A DNA stretch of 64,000 nucleotides from contig OZ245006.1 of NCBI GenBank assembly GCA_965223545.1, positions 7,488,001 through 7,552,000 of the forward strand. Direction: 5' to 3'. Each line of letters opens with the position of its first letter. Within the stretch, counting starts at the first letter, position 1. Under the pieces are notes generated by a model, which made no database searches, was not told the origin of the DNA, and saw nothing but the letters and a program-made list of their open reading frames with translations. The translations under genes and the position numbers were made by a program. Source of the DNA: Planctomycetota bacterium. GTDB lineage: Bacteria; Planctomycetota; UBA1135; UBA2386. Shown one piece after another: positions 52,328-59,000 of the stretch.

Positions 52328-53293
52328 ATGCGCTCCATCCTCGTCCTGAGCACGATGTCCGCCGCGGTGTTTGCCGCTACCGTCTACAGCTATCAGCGAG
52401 GGGCTTTGCCCGGTGCCACCGGCCAGGCCGGTACCGTGCCGGTGACCATCGCCCGCAATGGTCAGGGCTGTGGTCAGTGCCACACTCCGACCGCTGGTGC
52501 GCCGTTGCCGTCGTTGGATTTTGCCCCTCAGCAGCGATCTCTCGACCTGAGCCAGGCGATCCAGGTCACCGCGACCGCCAACGGTGGGGTGAACGGCACC
52601 CACGGCGGTTTCGTGGCGGAGGCGACGGCCGGCGCGTTCAGCGCCGGTACGACGAGCAAGATCGATGCGACCGGTGCGTTCATCACGCACCAGATCGCCG
52701 GGTTCGGGCGCACATGGCAGTTCGGCTACACCGCGCCGGCGACGCCGGGCGTGATCGAGATCTGGGCGGCGGGCAACACTGCCGATGGCGATGCCAGCGA
52801 GAACGGCGACAGCTGGGCGTTCCTCGGCGGCGCGCAGGCCAACTCGGCACCCACGCGGCTGTATGCCAACGCCGCTGGCGTCACCAACCTCGGCGATGGC
52901 TGCGTCGGTGGCTTCGGCCAGTGGCCCGTCCTCGGCGCGCCGCAGTCGCCGACGGTGGGCAACCCCACCTTCCGTTTGGAGTTGCACAGCGCGCCCCCCG
53001 CGACGGCCGCGATCTTCCTGCTGGGCACGACTCCGGTGTCGCTCAGCCTGACCCCGTTCGGCGTCGACAACTGCACGCTCTACACGCTGCCCAGCCTGCA
53101 GCTGACGATTCCGACCTCGCCGGGCGGCACCGCCGTCAACGGCGACGGCACCGCCGCGCTGCCGTTGCCGCTGCCGAACAACCCCGCCATCCGCGGCGTG
53201 ATGCTGCACGCCCAGGTCCTGGTCATCGATCCTGCCAGTGGCCGGCCGGCGAACGCGACCATGTCGAACGCGGTGACCATCACCGTCCTCTGA
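52328..53293 (+). CDS. Secreted Reeler/choice-of-anchor-V-like protein with CxxCH and shared C-terminal domain
   Basis: Signal peptide; GCGQCH, THQ, WQFGYTAP, AGNTADGD; ends MSNAVTITVL. Confidence 0.7.
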   Translation: MRSILVLSTMSAAVFAATVYSYQRGALPGATGQAGTVPVTIARNGQGCGQCHTPTAGAPLPSLDFAPQQRSLDLSQAIQVTATANGGVNGTHGGFVAEATAGAFSAGTTSKIDATGAFITHQIAGFGRTWQFGYTAPATPGVIEIWAAGNTADGDASENGDSWAFLGGAQANSAPTRLYANAAGVTNLGDGCVGGFGQWPVLGAPQSPTVGNPTFRLELHSAPPATAAIFLLGTTPVSLSLTPFGVDNCTLYTLPSLQLTIPTSPGGTAVNGDGTAALPLPLPNNPAIRGVMLHAQVLVIDPASGRPANATMSNAVTITVL

Positions 53294-53320
53294 AGGTACG
53301 GAGCCTGGCTCCGTTCCATC
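53291..53320. repeat. Intact REP-like palindrome (same family as 10988/11026)
   Basis: TGAAGGTACGGAGCC-T-GGCTCCGTTCC. Confidence 0.85.
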
Positions 53321-53353
53321 ACCGACCGAAGGTCAACTTCAAGCCGGCGGTGA

Positions 53354-53370
53354 TGAAGGTACGGAGCCTG
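53354..53370. repeat. Left half of the REP palindrome interrupted by IS110
   Basis: TGAAGGTACGGAGCCTG, ending in the CTG core. Confidence 0.85.
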
Positions 53371-53379
53371 ACCTGAAAC

Positions 53380-54762
53380 TCACCCAGCCTCGGCGATCGG
53401 TATGAGCTTGTACCCGAGGGATTTAGCGTTCTGTCGGAGTCCGACGATGCGTCGCTGGGTGAAGCGCTCCTCGTAGGCCTTGGCGCCTTCGTCTACGTAG
53501 TCCTGGCCGAACTTCAGCATGCGGTAGATGAGCAGGGCCAGTTTGCGGGCGATGGCAAAGATGGCGACGTTGCCGTCCTTCGCGCGGGCGATCTTGCGGA
53601 AGTGTGCGCCGAGAGCTGTCTGAGTACGTTGGAGGGACAGGGCGGCCATCCGGAGGACCGTGGCGATCCTGCTGACCGCGATGTTGTTGCGGTGCTTCTT
53701 GATGCGCTTTCCACCCGAGACGGCTTGACGTGGGCACAGGCGTAGCCAGGAGACGAAGTGCTTCTCGGTCGGGAAAGCTTCGAGGTCGTAGCCGACCTCG
53801 GTGAGCACGATCATGGCCGTGCTCGGGCTGATACCGTCGATTCGCGTGAGATCACACCCGACGAGCCGGCAGAGGGCATCGCGAAGCTCCCGGCCGCCCT
53901 TCGTTCGGATGCTCCTCTCCTTGCGGGGGTCTGGATGCTCGGGGACGTCGGCCGTCTTGGCTTCCTCCGGTTGCAGGTCCTCGATCATCGCCATCAATCG
54001 CTTCTCGACCGACTCGATCTCGTGGTCGGTGTGCTCGAGCATCCGCAAGCCCGAAGCGAGAGTGAAGATGTGCTCCTCGATCCAGGTCCCTTGCAAGTGA
54101 TCCGCGAGCTCCTTCTCGGAGATCTTGCAGCGCGGATCACGCAGTCTGGCGAGCGCTCGAGGGTCGCGTTCACCAGCGAGAATCGCGCGGATGATCGCGA
54201 GGCCGGTCTTGCCGGTGATGTCCGTTACCGCGCGATGGATCGCCACGTTCATCTGATCCAGTGACCGCTGCATCAACTGCGTGTGGCGCGTGCGCTGCGC
54301 GATCAAAGACGCGGCATGGCGTTGCAGGGTCCGCAACGCACAGATGTCCTTCGGAGGCCGGAACGAAGCGCGAATGAGGCCATAGGTGTGTAGCTTCTGC
54401 AGCCAACTGCAATCGCTGGCATCGGACTTGGAGCGGCCCGGCACGTTCTTCACCTCGCGGGCATTCGCGAGGATGACCTCGAAGCCTCTCGACTCGAGTA
54501 GCTCGTAGACGGGAATCCAGTAGACATAGGTGCTCTCCATCGCGACGGATCGCACTCCGAGCTCCTCCAGCCAGTCCGCGAGCGCCTCTAGCTGGGGCGT
54601 CGTCGTTCCGAATCGCTTGATCGGACGACTGCCGTCGGGTGCTGCTGCGCACACCCAGTGCTCGCGGCTGCCGATGTCGATTCCGGCGGCGTTGGGCTTC
54701 ACGACTGGCAATACTTCCGCTGCGGGCTTCTTGCCCTTCCTCGTTCTGCTCTTCCCAGCCAT
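53380..54762 (-). CDS. IS110-family DEDD recombinase/transposase
   Basis: GIDIGS (D), AMEST (E), KSDASD (D,D); C-terminal Tnp20 domain with IDGIS and LCP..AVSGG catalytic Ser. Confidence 0.95.
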   Translation of the reverse strand: MAGKSRTRKGKKPAAEVLPVVKPNAAGIDIGSREHWVCAAAPDGSRPIKRFGTTTPQLEALADWLEELGVRSVAMESTYVYWIPVYELLESRGFEVILANAREVKNVPGRSKSDASDCSWLQKLHTYGLIRASFRPPKDICALRTLQRHAASLIAQRTRHTQLMQRSLDQMNVAIHRAVTDITGKTGLAIIRAILAGERDPRALARLRDPRCKISEKELADHLQGTWIEEHIFTLASGLRMLEHTDHEIESVEKRLMAMIEDLQPEEAKTADVPEHPDPRKERSIRTKGGRELRDALCRLVGCDLTRIDGISPSTAMIVLTEVGYDLEAFPTEKHFVSWLRLCPRQAVSGGKRIKKHRNNIAVSRIATVLRMAALSLQRTQTALGAHFRKIARAKDGNVAIFAIARKLALLIYRMLKFGQDYVDEGAKAYEERFTQRRIVGLRQNAKSLGYKLIPIAEAG

Positions 54763-54784
54763 ACTTCATCCTCATTGTTGTGGT

Positions 54785-54937
54785 GGGCCCGGCCCGAGGC
54801 GGCGATCAAACGAATCTGACCTGCGGGAGTGGGCACGGCGACGTGCCCCTCACCAGTGAAGGATGGCCAACTCGGACCCAGACTGGCTCTGGGGCAAACG
54901 TGCTCCAGTGGCTATTGGGGGCGTAGCTGCCGGGCCC
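54785..54937 (-). ncRNA. Candidate bridge RNA in the IS110 non-coding end
   Basis: Long-range stem GGGCCCGGC/GCCGGGCCC encloses two hairpins; GAGCCAG (target match, 54883-54889) and CAGGTCAG (donor match, 54816-54823) on the transposase strand; boundaries approximate. Confidence 0.7.
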
Positions 54938-54968
54938 CTCACACGTTCCCCTCCCCCTTCCTCAGCGG

Positions 54969-56000
54969 CTAGTTTCCTGCCCTGAAGGGCCGACAAATCT
55001 GCCGGGGCAGGACTGGCTCCGTACCTTCAGTTCCCTTTCCGGGCGCGAGCCACGCTGCGGTGAATGCGCCGAGCCACCCACCCAGCGCGTTGCACCAGAA
55101 GTCGTCGATGGACGGGTTGCGCGCCGAGACGAACAGCTGCAACCCCTCGATGCCTGCGCTGTACGCCGCCGCCCAACCGGCGGCGGCCCACGCCCTGCGG
55201 CGCGCTAGCCACACGAGCACGGCGCCGAGTGGGACGAACAGCGCAACGTTGAACAGCAAGTCACGGCGGTTGGAGAAGCGCAGCGGGAGAAACCGCGGGT
55301 AGTTGCGCACCGACCAAAAACGCGCGGGCACGTCGAGATCGCCTCCGCGGACCCGGTGCTCGACGCCGCCGGCGTCGAACGTGAGCGCTTCGACGTCGCC
55401 GAGCCACGGCCGGTTGTAGGTGGGATCGTTGCCGACGACGAGCCGGTAGTCCGGGTCCCAGCGGGGAAACGGAGACTCGTTCAGTGCGCGATCGACGCGC
55501 ACGACTCCGTCCACCGCGACGCGCAGCCGGTGCGCACCAATGTCGACGGTGATCTCCCGCCACTCTCCTGCAGCCAGGGCACCCGCCACCGTCGCCACCG
55601 GCGCACGCCGCACGCGGCCGCCGGGATCGGAGCCCGGCATGCGCAAGTAGAAGACCAGGTCGTCTCCGTCTTGGCCGATGCCGAAGTTGCGCCGGTGCAC
55701 GTGCAGCGCGGTGGTCACAATCCATCCGAGCGGCGCGTCTTCCACCCGGGCCCTGGCGCGCAGGGAGATGCGCAGCTCGCCGCCGCCCATCGCTACAGCT
55801 TGCCAGGTCGGCGCCGCCTCGGTGCGAGCGATGCCGGGGCCCGCGAACTCGAACCCGCCGCTCGCCGTGGCGCGGGCGGCGTTCTCGAGCCGGCGAGGCA
55901 GTTCCCACTCGAACGGCCGCAGCAGTCCCCACGTGTAGATGCCGCCCATGGCGACGAGGACGAGCAGGCGGGCGCGCACACTCAGGTTCGGACTGGGCAA
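54969..56000 (-). CDS. LamG/concanavalin-like domain fused to a VanZ-like membrane domain
   Basis: NFGIGQDG, LVVGND...RPWLG; NVALFVPLG, IEGLQLF..R..SIDD..N..G; C-terminus now runs into the IS end. Confidence 0.75.
   Translation of the reverse strand: MPSPNLSVRARLLVLVAMGGIYTWGLLRPFEWELPRRLENAARATASGGFEFAGPGIARTEAAPTWQAVAMGGGELRISLRARARVEDAPLGWIVTTALHVHRRNFGIGQDGDDLVFYLRMPGSDPGGRVRRAPVATVAGALAAGEWREITVDIGAHRLRVAVDGVVRVDRALNESPFPRWDPDYRLVVGNDPTYNRPWLGDVEALTFDAGGVEHRVRGGDLDVPARFWSVRNYPRFLPLRFSNRRDLLFNVALFVPLGAVLVWLARRRAWAAAGWAAAYSAGIEGLQLFVSARNPSIDDFWCNALGGWLGAFTAAWLAPGKGTEGTEPVLPRQICRPFRAGN
55013..55029. repeat. Right half of the REP palindrome interrupted by IS110
   Basis: CTGGCTCCGTACCTTCA. 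Confidence 0.85.
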
Positions 56001-56070
56001 TGTGCTTGGATTCTACGACCGCCCGACCGAGGTCGCGTGCGCGCTGCGGCCGGCGTAGCATGCCCGGCGC

Positions 56071-59000
56071 ATGTCGTCCTCCCCCGACCGTGTCGTCGTC
56101 GTCGGCGCGCGCGAGCACAATCTGCAGAACGTCGACGTCAGCTTTCCGCGCGACGCGCTGACCACGTTCACCGGCGTGTCCGGCTCGGGCAAGTCGAGCC
56201 TGGCCTACCACACGGTCTACCAGGAGGGGCAGCGGCGGTTCTTGGAAAGCCTGTCCAGCTATGCGCGCCAGTTCCTCGGCCGCATGGAGAAGCCAAAGGT
56301 CGACCGCGTCGAGGGGCTGTCGCCGACCGTGTCGATCGACCAGAAGCAGGGCAGCCACAGTCCGCGGTCGACGGTCGGCACGCTGACCGAGGTGCTCGAC
56401 TACTTGCGGCTCTTGTTCGCCCGGTTGGGCACGCCGCGCTGTCCGGTCTGCGATGCCGAGATCGAGGCCTGGTCGGTGGATCGGATCACCGAGACCGTGC
56501 TGCAGCGTTTCGCAGGGCAGCCCCTGCTCGTCTTGGCGCCGGTCGTGCGCGAGCGCAAGGGCGAGTATCGCAAGGAGCTGGCCGAGTTCCGCGCCCGTGG
56601 CTTCGTCCGTGCCCGCATCGACGGGCAGGTGCGGCGCCTCGACGAGGACATCGCGCTGCACCGCTACAAGTACCACACCATCGAGCTCGTGGTGGATCGC
56701 CTGCGCGTCGACGCCGCGCACAGCTCACGCCTGGCCGAGGCGGTCGAGCAGGCGCTGGGGTTGACCGGTGGGCTGCTGGCGGTGCTCTGCGAAGACGACT
56801 ACCAGCTGTTCTCGACCCAGCGGGCGTGCCCGGACGGACACGGCGCCCTGCCGGAGCTCGAGCCGCGGCTGTTCTCGTTCAACAGCCCGATCGGCGCGTG
56901 CGCCCACTGCGACGGCATGGGCGAGGTGCACAGCTTCGCGGAGAGCTTGCTGGTGCCGGACCCCGACCTGTCGCCGCGCGAAGGCGGGCTGCTGTGCATC
57001 ACCGGCGAGGGGCGATTGGCGTACAGCCAGCTCACGCTGGATCACCTCGACACGGTGGCCGCCGAGTACGGCTTCGACATGGACACGCCCTGGCGCGCGC
57101 TCAGCGCGGCGCAAAAGCGGGTGATGCTGCACGGCACCGGCAAGAAGAAGTTCGAGTTCGTCTGGCGCCGGCAAGGGCGCGGCTACTCGGCGCGCGGCAA
57201 GGATCGCAAGGCGTTTCCGGGGGTGATCGCGCACCTGGAGAAGGTCTACCGCGGCGCGACGGCGCGTCACCTCGACCGGTTTCGGGCCTCGACCGCGTGC
57301 CCCGAGTGCGACGGCCGCCGGCTCAACGACGCCGCCTGCGCGGTGCGGTTCGACGGGCACAGCTTGCCGGAGGTCTCCGCGTGGTCGGTGGCCGAGGCGC
57401 GCGCGTTCTTCGACGACCTGGAGCTGACCGGCAACGCCCTGGCGATCGGTCGCGAGGTGGTGCGGGCGATCCAGCAGCGGCTGCAGTTCCTCGACGAGGT
57501 CGGCCTCAGCTACCTGACCCTGGATCGGCGCGCCGACACGCTGTCCGGTGGCGAGTCGCAGCGCATTCGGTTGGCGGCGCAGGTGGGCTCCGGTTTGCGG
57601 GGAGTGTTGTACGTGCTGGACGAGCCCAGCATCGGTCTGCACGCCCGCGACCATGAGCGGCTGCTGGGTACGCTGGCCGCACTGCGCGACCGCGGCAACA
57701 CCGTCTGCGTCGTCGAGCACGATGAGGCGACGATGCGCGCCAGCGATCACGTCGTCGACGTCGGTCCCGACGCCGGCCGCGGCGGCGGGCGGATCGTAGT
57801 GTCGGGCACCGCGGCCGACGTCGCCGCCGCGCCGGCGTCGCTCACCGGCGCGTATCTGCGCGGCGAGCGTCGCATCGAGCTGCCGGCGGCGCGCCGGACC
57901 GACGACTGCGGCGCGCTCGTGGTGCGCAATGCGCGCCACCACAACCTGCGCGGCATCGACGTCGAGCTGCCGCTGGCGCGCTTGGTGGCGGTCACCGGAG
58001 TCTCCGGCTCGGGCAAGTCGACCTTGGTCAACCATATCCTGAAGCGGGCGTTGCGGCGCGCGCTGCACGGCGCACTGGACGTGCCCGGCGCGCACGACCG
58101 CATCGAGGGCGTCGAGCAGATCGACAAGCTGGTGGAGATCGATCAGGCGCCGATCGGCCGCACGCCGCGCAGCAATCCCGCGACCTACACCAAGACGTGG
58201 GACCACGTCCGCGATCTCTTCGCGGCGTTGCCCGAGTCGCGCGTGCGCGAGTACAAGAAGGGGCGCTTCTCGTTCAACGTCCGCGGCGGCCGCTGCGAGA
58301 GCTGCGAGGGCGCCGGCATCACCCTGCTCGAGATGCAGCTGTTGGCGCCGGTCGAGGTCGTCTGCGAGGACTGCGGCGGGCAGCGCTTCAATCCGGAGAC
58401 CCTGGAGATCGAGCTCAAGGGCCACAACGTGCACGACCTGCTCGAGCTCAGCGTCGACGAAGCGCTCGCCTTGCTCGGCGCGTTCCCCAAGATCGCGCGA
58501 CCCCTGCAGGCGCTGCACGACGTCGGTCTCGGCTACGTCAAGCTGGGCCAGCCCTCGACCACCTTGTCCGGCGGCGAGGCACAGCGCATCAAGTTGGCGA
58601 CCCAGCTGCAGCGGCCACCCACTGGCCGCACGCTGTACTTGTTGGACGAGCCGACCACCGGCCTGCACTTCGAGGACATCCGCCGGCTGATGCAGGCGTT
58701 GCAGCGGCTCGTCGACGCGGGCAACACCGTGGTCGTCATCGAACACAACCTCGACGTGGTTGCCTGCGCCGACTGGATCATCGACCTCGGGCCGGACGGC
58801 GGCTCGGGCGGCGGCGAGATCGTGGGCACCGGCACGCCGGAGGAAGTGGCGGCGTGCGCGGGCTCGCACACCGGCCGTGCGCTGAAGGCCGCACTCGCTC
58901 CGCGCAAGGCGCCGGCGCGGCGGCGGGCCGCGCGGCGCCGCGCGAGCCAGCGGCCGACGCACCTCGAGGTGGTCGGCGCGCGGCAGAACAACCTGCAGTC

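Larger units (their letters stand above)
53371..55015 (-). mobile_element. IS110-family insertion sequence (~1.65 kb) inserted in a REP palindrome
   Basis: CTG core at 53368-53370 and 55013-55015; excision restores the perfect palindrome TGAAGGTACGGAGCC-T-GGCTCCGTACCTTCA; no terminal IRs; visibly less GC-biased than the flanks. Confidence 0.92.

Noticed and set aside
54844..54849. GGGGCA (minus strand) as a second donor guide
   Set aside because: It matches the element end for 6 nt but is sequestered in the GGGCACG/CGTGCCC stem, so it is not counted as evidence
54969..56000. Glycopeptide resistance gene (VanZ)
   Set aside because: VanZ-like domains are widespread, and there is no van cluster here
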